DNA of 53,760 nucleotides, taken from Clostridia bacterium (GTDB lineage: Bacteria > Bacillota > Clostridia > Oscillospirales > CAG-272). Under the pieces are notes generated by a model. That model searched no databases, was not told where the DNA came from, and saw only the letters and a list, made by a program, of their open reading frames with translations. The translations under genes and the position numbers were made by a program. Where the stretch lies: contig JAKSPY010000002.1 of NCBI GenBank assembly GCA_024404445.1, forward strand, positions 1 through 53,760, read 5' to 3'. This document shows, piece after piece, positions 29,492 to 38,575 of the stretch (position 1 is the first letter of the stretch; the number at the start of each line of letters is the position of its first letter).

Positions 29492-32434
29492 TCAGTCACC
29501 GTGCTGCATTTTTTCGAGATAGTCGTCGTAGGTTATCAGTACGTCGCGGGGCTTCTGCCCGTTCGGACCGCTGATTATGCCGCGCTCCTCCATCATGTCG
29601 ATGAGCTTGGCTGCGCGCCCGTAACCCAGCGCCAATCTGCGCTGAATGAGTGAGGTCGAAATCTTTTTTGCCTCAATTGCCAGCTTGACAGCCGCATCGT
29701 ACATCGGATCCTCGTCGGACGCGATATCCTCATCGCCGCCTTCGTCGATCACAGTCGACTTGCCCTTTTTGCCGCACATTTCGGCTTCCTTTTCTATCGA
29801 ATCGGCCACGTCGCGGTCATACGTACCGTTGCCGTTTTCGTCTTTTATGAAATTGACGATCTTTTCTATTTCGGGATCATCCACGAATGATCCCTGCACG
29901 CGCAGCGGCGACATCGAGCCGACAGGCGAATACAGCATATCGCCTCTGCCGACAAGCTTTTCAGCGCCTGTATTATCGAGTATCGTACGTGAGTCGATCT
30001 GCGACGACACGGTAAACGCGATACGTGACGGGATATTCGACTTCAGCGTTCCGGTGACAACGTCGACCGTCGGACGCTGTGTACCTATGATAAGGTGCAT
30101 GCCGGCGGCGCGCGCCTTTGCGGCTATACGGCTGATGGATGTTTCCACATCGTCCTTTGACGTTGCCATAAGGTCGGCAAGCTCATCGATGACGATAACG
30201 ATGATCGGCAGTTTTTCCTTTGTCGGGTCGTTGGCGATGGCGTCGCGGTACTGTTGGATGTTGCGCTTGTTCATCGACTCCATGATCTCATAGCGGCGTT
30301 CCATTTCGTTCACACACCAATGCAGTGCGCCCGCAGCCTTTTTGGGATCGGAAACGACGGGTACGAGCAGATGCGGCAGTCCGTTATATATACCCAGCTC
30401 AACCTTCTTCGGGTCTATGAAAATGAATTTGACCTCATCCGGCGTGGATTTATACAGCAGACTGACGATGATCGAATTCATACATACCGATTTACCGGAG
30501 CCCGTAGTGCCGGCGATCAGCAAATGAGGCATCTTGGCGATATCGAAATACACCTTCGCCCCTGTTAAGTCTATGCCGAGGCACGCCGTAACAGCACTCT
30601 TTGCCTCACGGAATTTATCATTGTCGATAAGCTCACGCAGATAGACTGTGGAAACGCACTTGTTGGCGACCTCGACACCGACGGCGCTCATGCCGGGAAT
30701 AACGCCGGAAACGCGCACCTTTGACGCGAGATTCAGTGATATATCATCCGTACGGTTAACGATGGCGCTGACCTTAGTGCCTGCCTCCGGCGCTATCTCA
30801 TAACGTGTGACTGTCGGTCCGCGCGATACGCTGACGACGCGCGTGTGGATATTGAAGCTGCTAAGCGTGGAAACGAGTTTATTGGCATTTGATCTTATCT
30901 CGTTTTCCGAGTCCTCGGATACCTCCGATTTCTTATACGGCAGAAAATCGACGGGCGGGAACACGTACGGCTTTTTGACCGGCTCCGGTGCTTCCTCCCA
31001 CGGTGCCGGATCATCGTCTGTGCCGGCACACGGCTCGGACTCCGCCTTTTTTCTTGTTTCGGTCTTATGTGATACGGGCAATGCGGCAACCTCAGAGGGC
31101 TGATACTCTGCCCTGACCGGCGCTATCGCAAAATCATCCGCGCATCCGCCCTTCAGCGCGACATCCATAGTCGCCTCTGTGACGGCGGGCATATTTTCAT
31201 CTGTCTTTTGCATATCGAACGCACGGCTGACGTTTTCATCTGACGGCTTATCGAATATCTCATCCAATCTGATATTGTCGGGATCGCGGGTTATCTGCGT
31301 AGAAACGGGTGTCAGTATCTCATGGCGTGTGTGCGTCTGCTGAGGCCTGTACGCAGGGACCTCCTCCGTTTCACCGAACGCAAATGAATCGCCGATATCA
31401 GCCATTCTCTTTTCGGTACGAGTACGCACGGGCTTCATATCCTGCACCGTATCAAATTCCGACGATTCGCCGGGACCGCGCTTCACACCCTTGATGGTCG
31501 TGACCGAGGTCGGACGCGGCCGGTAATCGGCAACATTTCTGTTCACCGCAAACTCGGTCTGCACCTGCTTGCGCTCGCGCTTTTCGCGCTTCTTTTCGTC
31601 GCGTTCGAGGGCGCGGCGCTTTTTATTCTCAACACGCTGTTCGCTGGCGCGCAGAATATAGAATTTCACTCTCTCCCATATCTGCGCAGGTGTGGAGCCG
31701 ATAAGGAACAGTGTGAACATCGCAAAGAAAAGTATACCGAATATCAACGTACCGGCCTTGCCGACGATCTTCATCATCGCACAGGAGATGAAGCCGCCGA
31801 TAACGCCGCCACCGACGTATTTTTTACCATCCGAGAAAAGTCTGCCGACATTTGCGAAAAACTTTCCGCCGAACAGCAGGTTGCCGTCGACGGCCTTATC
31901 GCCGAAGATGCAGAACATCGCGTGAACGATGACGGCGGCAAAGGTAAGAGCGAAAAGCGCGTACAGCGCCTTGATACCGGCATTCTGCTCGGCAATGAAT
32001 TTTTTCCATTTTACGGCGTATGCGGCGAGAACTATCGGGATCAGCCACGCGATGATGCCGAAAAGACCGAGCAGTACGTTGCTGATCACGCCGCCGAACG
32101 TGCCGACGGCCTCGGCGTTTGTCCCGACGATCAGACAGATCATCACGAAAAGGCTGAACGCAAATATCAGTGCGATGATCACCTGATTGCCGACTGATGA
32201 GGGGTCTGACCCGCGCTTTTCCGCTTTTGCGGTTTTCTCGGTCCTTTGGGTCTTTTCGGTTTTTTCAGCCCTTTCCGTTCTTTCGTTTGTGCGGCTGTTG
32301 TTGCCGCGGTCGGCTCTGCCGCTGTCGGACGTCTTGCGCTTCTTTTCCTTTACTTCATCATTTATATCGTAATCGAAATCAGTGTTGAAATCGAAATTGT
32401 CATGTGTGGAATTGTTTTTTTTCTTCGCTGCCAT
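29492..32434 (-). CDS. ftsK: FtsK/SpoIIIE DNA translocase
   Basis: Low-complexity N-terminus, 4-5 TMs, a long linker, the motor domain (LLIAGTTGSGKSV, VIVIDELADLM), and a C-terminal gamma winged-helix (SLIQRRLALGYGRAAKLID). Confidence 0.95.
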   Translation of the reverse strand: MAAKKKNNSTHDNFDFNTDFDYDINDEVKEKKRKTSDSGRADRGNNSRTNERTERAEKTEKTQRTEKTAKAEKRGSDPSSVGNQVIIALIFAFSLFVMICLIVGTNAEAVGTFGGVISNVLLGLFGIIAWLIPIVLAAYAVKWKKFIAEQNAGIKALYALFALTFAAVIVHAMFCIFGDKAVDGNLLFGGKFFANVGRLFSDGKKYVGGGVIGGFISCAMMKIVGKAGTLIFGILFFAMFTLFLIGSTPAQIWERVKFYILRASEQRVENKKRRALERDEKKREKRERKQVQTEFAVNRNVADYRPRPTSVTTIKGVKRGPGESSEFDTVQDMKPVRTRTEKRMADIGDSFAFGETEEVPAYRPQQTHTRHEILTPVSTQITRDPDNIRLDEIFDKPSDENVSRAFDMQKTDENMPAVTEATMDVALKGGCADDFAIAPVRAEYQPSEVAALPVSHKTETRKKAESEPCAGTDDDPAPWEEAPEPVKKPYVFPPVDFLPYKKSEVSEDSENEIRSNANKLVSTLSSFNIHTRVVSVSRGPTVTRYEIAPEAGTKVSAIVNRTDDISLNLASKVRVSGVIPGMSAVGVEVANKCVSTVYLRELIDNDKFREAKSAVTACLGIDLTGAKVYFDIAKMPHLLIAGTTGSGKSVCMNSIIVSLLYKSTPDEVKFIFIDPKKVELGIYNGLPHLLVPVVSDPKKAAGALHWCVNEMERRYEIMESMNKRNIQQYRDAIANDPTKEKLPIIVIVIDELADLMATSKDDVETSISRIAAKARAAGMHLIIGTQRPTVDVVTGTLKSNIPSRIAFTVSSQIDSRTILDNTGAEKLVGRGDMLYSPVGSMSPLRVQGSFVDDPEIEKIVNFIKDENGNGTYDRDVADSIEKEAEMCGKKGKSTVIDEGGDEDIASDEDPMYDAAVKLAIEAKKISTSLIQRRLALGYGRAAKLIDMMEERGIISGPNGQKPRDVLITYDDYLEKMQHGD

Positions 32435-32548
32435 TGAAACCTCCTGCTATCGGCTACAAATCTGTCACGGTAAAATAAACCGATGGTATAACATCATAAT
32501 TATATCACACAATATAGTAGATTACAACTTAATTTCAATTATTTTATC

Positions 32549-32935
32549 ATGAAAGACAAAAAGACCGTTATTTTGTATTTATCATTAGTGCTCGGCGGGA
32601 TCGCATCGGGATTTCTGAATGCGCTAATAGGTACGGGCGGCGGAATATTGATCACACTGATACTGAAAAAGCTGTACGAAAAAGACAATGCTTTCGGGGC
32701 GGAGGACGTGTTCGCGTCCACACTCGCGGCAGTGGCGATCATGAGTGCGGGCACAGTCGCCGTATACATTCTGCGCGGAACATTCGATCCCGCCGATGCC
32801 GTGCCGTATATCATTCCGGCCGTTTTCGGCGGAGCCGCAGGTGCGCTCGTTTTGGGCAGGATCAATTCGGAAATTTTCAAAAAGCTCTTTGCCATGTTGG
32901 TGATATGGGCGGGTGTGTCCATGATCGTGAGGTAG
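32549..32935 (+). CDS. TauE/SafE-family half-size membrane protein (first of two)
   Basis: 128 aa with 4 predicted TMs and GTGGGIL motifs typical of TauE/SafE anion exporters. Confidence 0.65.
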   Translation: MKDKKTVILYLSLVLGGIASGFLNALIGTGGGILITLILKKLYEKDNAFGAEDVFASTLAAVAIMSAGTVAVYILRGTFDPADAVPYIIPAVFGGAAGALVLGRINSEIFKKLFAMLVIWAGVSMIVR

Positions 32936-32936
32936 T

Positions 32937-33299
32937 ATGGATATAATCGTATCGTTTTTGGCGGCGGTGCTTGCCGGCACCGGGGTCGGCGGCGGCGGTC
33001 TGCTGATCATCTATCTGTCAGCGGTCAAAAATCTCAGCCAGCTGGCGTGTCAGGGTATCAATCTCGCTTTTTTTGAATCGGGTGCATTGTCGGCATTGCC
33101 CATACACATAAGGCACAGAAACTATAAGTGGGGTGCCGTGCTGACGCTGGGCATCGCGGGGCTTTTCGGCGCGCTCATTGGCTTTACCGTCGCGGAAAAG
33201 CTCGGCTCCGACGTGCTCAAATACGTCGTCGGGGTATTTTTCGTGCTGACCGGAATACGCGAGCTGTTCAAAAAGCCGCAAAAATCGCAAAAAAATTGA
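32937..33299 (+). CDS. TauE/SafE-family half-size membrane protein (second of two)
   Basis: 120 aa with GTGVGGGGLLII. It starts 1 nt after the preceding stop. Together the two genes approximate a full-length TauE. Confidence 0.65.
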   Translation: MDIIVSFLAAVLAGTGVGGGGLLIIYLSAVKNLSQLACQGINLAFFESGALSALPIHIRHRNYKWGAVLTLGIAGLFGALIGFTVAEKLGSDVLKYVVGVFFVLTGIRELFKKPQKSQKN

Positions 33300-33320
33300 T
33301 CTCATTTATCCGCATCCGTA

Positions 33321-33349
33321 TTGAAATGGATCATGATTTATGGTAGAAT
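33321..33349 (+). promoter_or_regulatory. Sigma-A-type promoter upstream of the LRR protein gene
   Basis: TTGAAA (33321-33326), 17 nt spacer, TAGAAT (33344-33349), with TGg just upstream of the -10. Confidence 0.5.
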
Positions 33350-33404
33350 ATAATGGTATTGGTATATCCGATTTCATTATGTCATACAGCGGAAAGGGAA
33401 TTAA

Positions 33405-35816
33405 ATGAAAATCAAGTCAATTCTGGTCTGTGCGCTGGCAATGATCTGCGCGGCAGGTTGCCTCGTTTGCGTTGCGGCGGCTGACTCAACACTCACCAGC
33501 AAGAACGGTCTGTATACTTACACTCTTGACGAGAATAAGCACGCGACGATCGTTTCGTATCGCGGTGGGGAAACAAGCATCACGATCAATAAGATCGACG
33601 GCAGATACGCGGTCGTAAAGATCGGTTATGCCGCGTTCGGCTCAAACACCAAGATCGAGAATGTCGAGATATATTCGTCGGTCACTGAAATAGGCGAAAG
33701 CGCATTTGAGGGCTGTACGTCGCTGAAAAGCGTCAGCTTCCGCACCGGCAGTAAGTTGCAAACCGTCGGTGACTATGCATTTTATGACTGTCCGTCACTG
33801 AAATCCGTCAACTTGCCGTCATCGGTAACGTCGATCGGCGACAGCGCGTTTGAGGGTTGTACGGCGCTGACTGAGATATCGCTTGCCGATATGGGCGGGC
33901 TGACCGGCATAGGTCAATATGCGTTTGCGTCATGCTCTTCACTGACCGGCACGTTTACGATCCCGTCGGCGGTATCGTCGATAGGATACGGTGCTTTTTC
34001 ACAATGTGCATCGTTACAGGCATTTGACGTTGCGTCGGGCAATACGACGTTCACATCGACAGACGGCGTGCTGTTCACATCGGATAAGTCCTCGCTTGTC
34101 TGTTACCCCGCCGCAAAGTCCGATGATGATTATACCGTTCCGACAGGCACGGAGAAGATTGCCGACGGCGCGTTCATCGGCGCGACAGTCAAAAACGTCA
34201 CCGTTCCGGACGGAGTCGTTTCGATAGGCGGCAGTGCCTTTTATAAATGCGCGTCGCTGATATCCGTCACGATGCCGCAATCACTGAAATCTGTCGGCTC
34301 ATACGCGTTCCTTGACTGTACCTCACTTGCCGACGTTATCCTGCCCGACGGCATCACGTCGTTGGGCTCATACCTGTTCCGCGGTTGCCTCGGCCTGAAA
34401 AGCGCAAACCTTCCGAAAGGCATGACCGAAATACCGGAGGGTATGTTTGACTCATGCTCGTCGCTCACGGGCTTTACGATACCCGCCGGTGTCAAGTGCA
34501 TCGGGCAGTACGCGTTCAACTATTGCAAATCGCTCACCTCGATCACAATTCCCGCTTCCGTTACGAAAATAAATAACTACGCATTCAGATATTGCACCTT
34601 ACTGACGTCTGTGTCGGCGCCGAACGTAAAAACCTTCGGCAGCTTCGTATTCCAGAACTGCGCGGCACTCAGGTCAGCCGATATAAGCGGCGCGGATAAG
34701 ATACCCGCATTCATCTTTGCGGACTGCGCGGTGCTGTCCGACATCAGACTCCCTGCCGATTATACGTCGATCGGCAATTACGCATTCAAGGGCTGTGAGC
34801 TTTTGCCGTCGTTCACGGTCAGCGACAAGTGCACACGCATCGGCGACTTTGCCTTCAACGGTTGCAAAAAGCTGACTTCATTTACCGTCCCCGCCACGGT
34901 GACGTCGCTCGGTACGGGCGCGCTCAGTTATTCCGGCATTACGGAATGCGTCATCGATATGGACCTTGACACCCTGCCCGGCAGAATGTTTGAGGGTTGC
35001 GCGTCGCTTACTTCCGTCACATTGCCCGCATCATGCCTTTCAATCGGTCCTAGCGCGTTTACCGATTGCGTTCGCCTCGTCAGCCTCGGTGAGGGCTATT
35101 CACCGAAGCACGTCGGCGCGTCGGCGTTCTACGGCTGCCGTAAGCTCTCCGATGTCTATATCGGCACTGAGGATTACGCGATAAACTACGGCGCATACTC
35201 AGGCTGTGACGCGATTGAATCCGTCGTCATACCGGACAATATCACGGAAATAGATTCGTTTGCATTCGCGTACTGTTCATCTCTGCAGAGCGTCAGAATC
35301 AGTGCGGCAACATACATCGGCTATAACGCGTTTGCCGGATGTGCAAAGCTCACGTCCGTCGAAATGCCCGACACGCTTCTGATAATAGATAAGGGTGCTT
35401 TCTCATCGTGCTCAAAGCTCGCTGACATTGACGTGCCGAAATTCGTAACATACGTCGGAAGCGACGCCTTCACCGATACGAAATGGCGCAGAAATCAGAC
35501 GGACGAATGTATAGTCGTCGGTGACGGTGTGGTATATGAGTATACCGGCAGGTCGTCGTTGGTCACGTTCCCGTCCGGTGCAAAGAGAATACCGGCGCGC
35601 ATCATAGCGTCGCTGGACGCAGTAGACACGATATTCATTCCTTCCACGGTGGAATATATATCAAAGACCGCGTTCGTACAGCTCCACTCGCAGAAGAACG
35701 ATCTCGGTCAGACATCGACGTATTATTCGCAGAGATACGTTGAGATCATCGGCAAAAAAGGATCATACGCCGAGGTCTATGCCAATCACGATTATTACAC
35801 ATTTGAAAAATATTGA
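33405..35816 (+). CDS. Secreted BspA-type leucine-rich-repeat surface protein
   Basis: Signal peptide, then more than 25 tandem units of about 23 aa of the type IPxSVTxIGxxAFxxCxxLxSV. Length is 803 aa. Confidence 0.85.
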   Translation: MKIKSILVCALAMICAAGCLVCVAAADSTLTSKNGLYTYTLDENKHATIVSYRGGETSITINKIDGRYAVVKIGYAAFGSNTKIENVEIYSSVTEIGESAFEGCTSLKSVSFRTGSKLQTVGDYAFYDCPSLKSVNLPSSVTSIGDSAFEGCTALTEISLADMGGLTGIGQYAFASCSSLTGTFTIPSAVSSIGYGAFSQCASLQAFDVASGNTTFTSTDGVLFTSDKSSLVCYPAAKSDDDYTVPTGTEKIADGAFIGATVKNVTVPDGVVSIGGSAFYKCASLISVTMPQSLKSVGSYAFLDCTSLADVILPDGITSLGSYLFRGCLGLKSANLPKGMTEIPEGMFDSCSSLTGFTIPAGVKCIGQYAFNYCKSLTSITIPASVTKINNYAFRYCTLLTSVSAPNVKTFGSFVFQNCAALRSADISGADKIPAFIFADCAVLSDIRLPADYTSIGNYAFKGCELLPSFTVSDKCTRIGDFAFNGCKKLTSFTVPATVTSLGTGALSYSGITECVIDMDLDTLPGRMFEGCASLTSVTLPASCLSIGPSAFTDCVRLVSLGEGYSPKHVGASAFYGCRKLSDVYIGTEDYAINYGAYSGCDAIESVVIPDNITEIDSFAFAYCSSLQSVRISAATYIGYNAFAGCAKLTSVEMPDTLLIIDKGAFSSCSKLADIDVPKFVTYVGSDAFTDTKWRRNQTDECIVVGDGVVYEYTGRSSLVTFPSGAKRIPARIIASLDAVDTIFIPSTVEYISKTAFVQLHSQKNDLGQTSTYYSQRYVEIIGKKGSYAEVYANHDYYTFEKY

Positions 35817-35831
35817 TACCCACAGGGTACA

Positions 35832-35869
35832 AAAATCCGTCACTGCCGAAAGCAGTGACGGATTTTTTA
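35832..35869. terminator. Bidirectional intrinsic terminator (ends the LRR gene and the minus-strand peptide-export operon)
   Basis: aaaaatccgtcactgc-cgaa-agcagtgacggatttttt: a perfect 12-bp stem with an A-run and a T-run on either side. Confidence 0.8.
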
Positions 35870-35961
35870 TGTGTTGATCCGTTTCCTTATGATATCGCGG
35901 TGCGATTCATCAAAGGATGACACGATGCTTATGCCACTTACAAGGTTGCGACGCAGCGTGT

Positions 35962-36177
35962 TTATTCCGCGTTTTTATTGTCATCCGTAGCAGACTGATC
36001 GGAAAGACCGGTGCTTGCGTCGGCGTTGTCAGCAGATTGATTCACGGTTTTGTTTGTCAAGCGAAAGGACGACGATACAAACTTAGGCTTATCCCACAAA
36101 AAGATTTTCATGCCCCCTCCGCTGACCTTTTCCGCTTGCTTATCTGTAAGCTCAACAGGCTTATTTGTCTTTTTCAC
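35962..36177 (-). CDS. Double-glycine-leader peptide 3 (21-aa leader plus 50-aa core)
   Basis: MKKTNKPVELTDKQAEKVSGG|GMKIFLWDKPKFVSSSFRL...DDNKNAE. GTG start with AGAGGTG 5 nt upstream. Caveat: the GG codons (GGAGGGGGC) also mimic an SD for the internal ATG at 36111, so a 49-aa leaderless product cannot be excluded. Confidence 0.55.
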   Translation of the reverse strand: MKKTNKPVELTDKQAEKVSGGGMKIFLWDKPKFVSSSFRLTNKTVNQSADNADASTGLSDQSATDDNKNAE

Positions 36178-36234
36178 GCCGACACCTCTTTCTGTCTGTG
36201 ATTCTTTGACGCACTGCCCGAAATGGCAAAGCCA

Positions 36235-36567
36235 TCAATCGTTGATCTGATTTGCCCATGTGGGTGCGCTCGCGTGACCGATGATGAACAGTCTGGATAC
36301 TATTTCCGAGGAAAGCCTACTGATCTCATTTGTCAGAATACCGTGGGTGTAGCACGTCACCTCAAAATAATCCGAAGTTATCACGCCGGTGATGACCTCA
36401 CAGTAGTCATAACTATTATCGAGATTTCTGTTGATGCTTGTCGTTATATACTCGCCGCGCTGATAATCCTCGTTATCTATTCCGCCGAAAACGTATGCGA
36501 GTTCATCGTCTGTCAATTCTTCAGGTATATTCGTCTGATGTTTTTTTATGCTTTTTATCACTGTCAT
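36235..36567 (-). CDS. Double-glycine-leader protein 2 (29-aa leader plus 81-aa acidic core with 2 Cys)
   Basis: MTVIKSIKKHQTNIPEELTDDELAYVFGG|IDNEDYQRGEY.... Its ATG overlaps the TGA of the upstream 5'-nucleotidase gene (ATGA). There is no internal Met near the GG. Confidence 0.65.
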   Translation of the reverse strand: MTVIKSIKKHQTNIPEELTDDELAYVFGGIDNEDYQRGEYITTSINRNLDNSYDYCEVITGVITSDYFEVTCYTHGILTNEISRLSSEIVSRLFIIGHASAPTWANQIND

Positions 36568-38225
36568 TGCTTTATCGTTATCCTGTTATCTACCGTCTTA
36601 TACTGTGAAAGGTCGCCGTCCAACTGGCTGAGGTAATCTATCAGCACCTGATAAATCGGCAGGGCCTCATCGATCACAAGCTTATGATCCGCAAGGAAAT
36701 AGAGCATACCGGAGCCGCCGTTTTTGATCATATAGTCATGGCTGGCAAGGGTATACGTCGCATCAAGGTCGATAGGTGTATAGGCGCCGTCCTTTAACAC
36801 CATGACATCTGAAATGCGGCGTGCGCCGCCGACACCGATAAACGCATCCGTTTCATTGACCTGCACACTGCTGTCGACAGATGTGTCAACGGTGAATTTT
36901 AAGCCGGAAACCTGCTGGAAGCTGCCGTCCTCACCGAACGCTACACCGTCCCTGCTGTACTCTGCCTGTACGTTACGGTAGAAATACTCCATCATATCTA
37001 CGATCTCGGCACCCGTTACCTCAACGACGCAAATCGTATTGTCGTAAGGGTATACGGAGATGACATCGCCGTACGTAACGTCGCCCACGTTGAGATCGGC
37101 ACGGATGCCGCCGCCGTTGCACATTCCTATATCGGCACCGGTCAGAATGCGGTAAGCGTCCGCAACGAAATCGCCGATGGCGACCTCTCTGCTTCGTACC
37201 ATACGGATGCCGTCGCTGTCATAGCACGAAAGATCGGTGTCTATATGACCGATAACGGCCTTCATCTGATTATCCAACTGTTTGCGGATATCGGCGATCT
37301 GCGCCGTGATGGCGTCATCCTTGACTGTATATCTGTCTATGTAACCGACAGAGGCCGTGCCGTCATCTGTCAGAATAAGCTGTCCGATCGCCGACAGCTC
37401 TGTGCCTGTGGAGGATATCATCACATCCTCGCCGTCCTTATTCTGCATGATCCAGCAGGGTGCCTTAACGTGTGAATGCGCATCGAGGACGACGTCAATT
37501 CCCGTCGTATTAGCTACGAGATCGATCGACGTGAACGGCCCCTCTATATCCACGTCAATTCCAAGGTGAGAAAGCACGACGACAAAGTCGGCGCCCTTTT
37601 CATTGCATTCGTCAATGTACTTCTGCGCGTTATCATAAAAATGCCGGGCACCGTCCTTTTCACAGAAATCATAGACGAGCTCGCCGTTTTCCATGAAATG
37701 TTTAGGCGTGGAGGAGGAAATCGACCACGGAGTGGAAATACCGATAAACGCCACCTTTATATCGCCGTAGGTCACGATCTCATAGGGCTTTGTCGCTTCA
37801 CTCATCCAATCCTCGCCGCTTCCGGTGTACGAAATATTACAGTTAAGGAAATGTGAATCCGATAACTCTACTATCCTTTTCAGCTGATCCATACCGAAAT
37901 CAAACTCATGATTGCCGAAAATAGAGAAGTCGTATCCTACGGCGTTTTTCAATTCCACGATGTACTCGCCCTTTGAAACGACGCCCTCATAACTGCCCTG
38001 TACAAAATCGCCGCAATCGGCCAATACGACATAGCGGTATTTTTCGCTGAGGGATTTTTTATACGCGGAAAGACCGGCATAGCCGATATTGGTGTCAATT
38101 CCGCAATGCACATCGTTGGTAAACAATACCACGACGTCGTTTGATCTGTTGTCCTGTGCTCCGCACGCCGTCATGCAAAAGAGCATGGCCAAGCAGAGTA
38201 AAAGTGCAGATAATCTGAGCTTCAT
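36564..38225 (-). CDS. Lipoprotein bifunctional metallophosphatase/5'-nucleotidase
   Basis: Lipobox LFCMTACGAQ. Calcineurin-like motifs are NDVHCG, DCGDFVQG and GNHEFD, with a C-terminal 5'-nucleotidase substrate-binding domain. AAAGGAGAA RBS. Confidence 0.88.
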   Translation of the reverse strand: MKLRLSALLLCLAMLFCMTACGAQDNRSNDVVVLFTNDVHCGIDTNIGYAGLSAYKKSLSEKYRYVVLADCGDFVQGSYEGVVSKGEYIVELKNAVGYDFSIFGNHEFDFGMDQLKRIVELSDSHFLNCNISYTGSGEDWMSEATKPYEIVTYGDIKVAFIGISTPWSISSSTPKHFMENGELVYDFCEKDGARHFYDNAQKYIDECNEKGADFVVVLSHLGIDVDIEGPFTSIDLVANTTGIDVVLDAHSHVKAPCWIMQNKDGEDVMISSTGTELSAIGQLILTDDGTASVGYIDRYTVKDDAITAQIADIRKQLDNQMKAVIGHIDTDLSCYDSDGIRMVRSREVAIGDFVADAYRILTGADIGMCNGGGIRADLNVGDVTYGDVISVYPYDNTICVVEVTGAEIVDMMEYFYRNVQAEYSRDGVAFGEDGSFQQVSGLKFTVDTSVDSSVQVNETDAFIGVGGARRISDVMVLKDGAYTPIDLDATYTLASHDYMIKNGGSGMLYFLADHKLVIDEALPIYQVLIDYLSQLDGDLSQYKTVDNRITIKQ

Positions 38226-38287
38226 TTTTTATTCTCCTTTGATTGTCTTATAATCGATCGGTTTTCGCCTGCGCAAGCACACAGAAT

Positions 38288-38310
38288 TCGGGCCGATATC
38301 ATCGGCCCGA
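38288..38310 (-). promoter_or_regulatory. Perfect 10-bp stem-loop between peptide 1 and the nucleotidase gene (possible partial terminator or mRNA stabiliser)
   Basis: The minus-strand RNA reads UCGGGCCGAU-GAU-AUCGGCCCGA, followed by AUUCUGUGUG (a poor U-tract). Confidence 0.4.
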
Positions 38311-38350
38311 TGAAGACGTATCGCCGTCCGTGCGCCGTCGGATACGAAAA

Positions 38351-38575
38351 TCATTGCAATTCTTTTAGCCTCGTTTCCTGTTGGCTTTGACCTTTATCGC
38401 CTTCGGTACCGTTCCCACCGGCGGTATCGGTGCCGCCCGCCGCATTTACAAATGCGAGACTGTCGTCAGACAACTCCACGGCATCGCGGCTTTCGGTTTC
38501 GCGAATAAGCTCTTCCAGCTTTCTGTTCTTTTCAAATCTCTGATAGTCAAACAATTTTTTCAGCCTGTTTTCCAT
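38351..38575 (-). CDS. Double-glycine-leader peptide 1 (48-aa leader plus 26-aa hydrophilic core)
   Basis: MENRLKKLFDYQRFEKNRKLEELIRETESRDAVELSDDSLAFVNAAGG|TDTAGGNGTEGDKGQSQQETRLKELQ. GAGAGGAGAA RBS 8 nt upstream of the ATG. Confidence 0.65.
   Translation of the reverse strand: MENRLKKLFDYQRFEKNRKLEELIRETESRDAVELSDDSLAFVNAAGGTDTAGGNGTEGDKGQSQQETRLKELQ

Noticed and set aside
32190-32400. Apparent short tandem repetition in DNA (ttttc/ggttt motifs) at the 5' end of ftsK
   Set aside because: It is explained by the low-complexity coding sequence (ERTERAEKTEKTQRTEKTAKAEK) in the FtsK N-terminus. It is not an independent repeat element or a CRISPR-like array.
36111-36113. Internal ATG of peptide 3, preceded by GGAGGGGGC, as the true start (giving a 49-aa leaderless product)
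   Set aside because: This is not fully excluded. I favour the upstream GTG for two reasons: the upstream 21 codons reproduce the ELTD...V.GG leader seen in the two neighbouring ORFs, and the SD look-alike is an unavoidable consequence of Gly-Gly-Gly codons. Experimental start mapping is needed.
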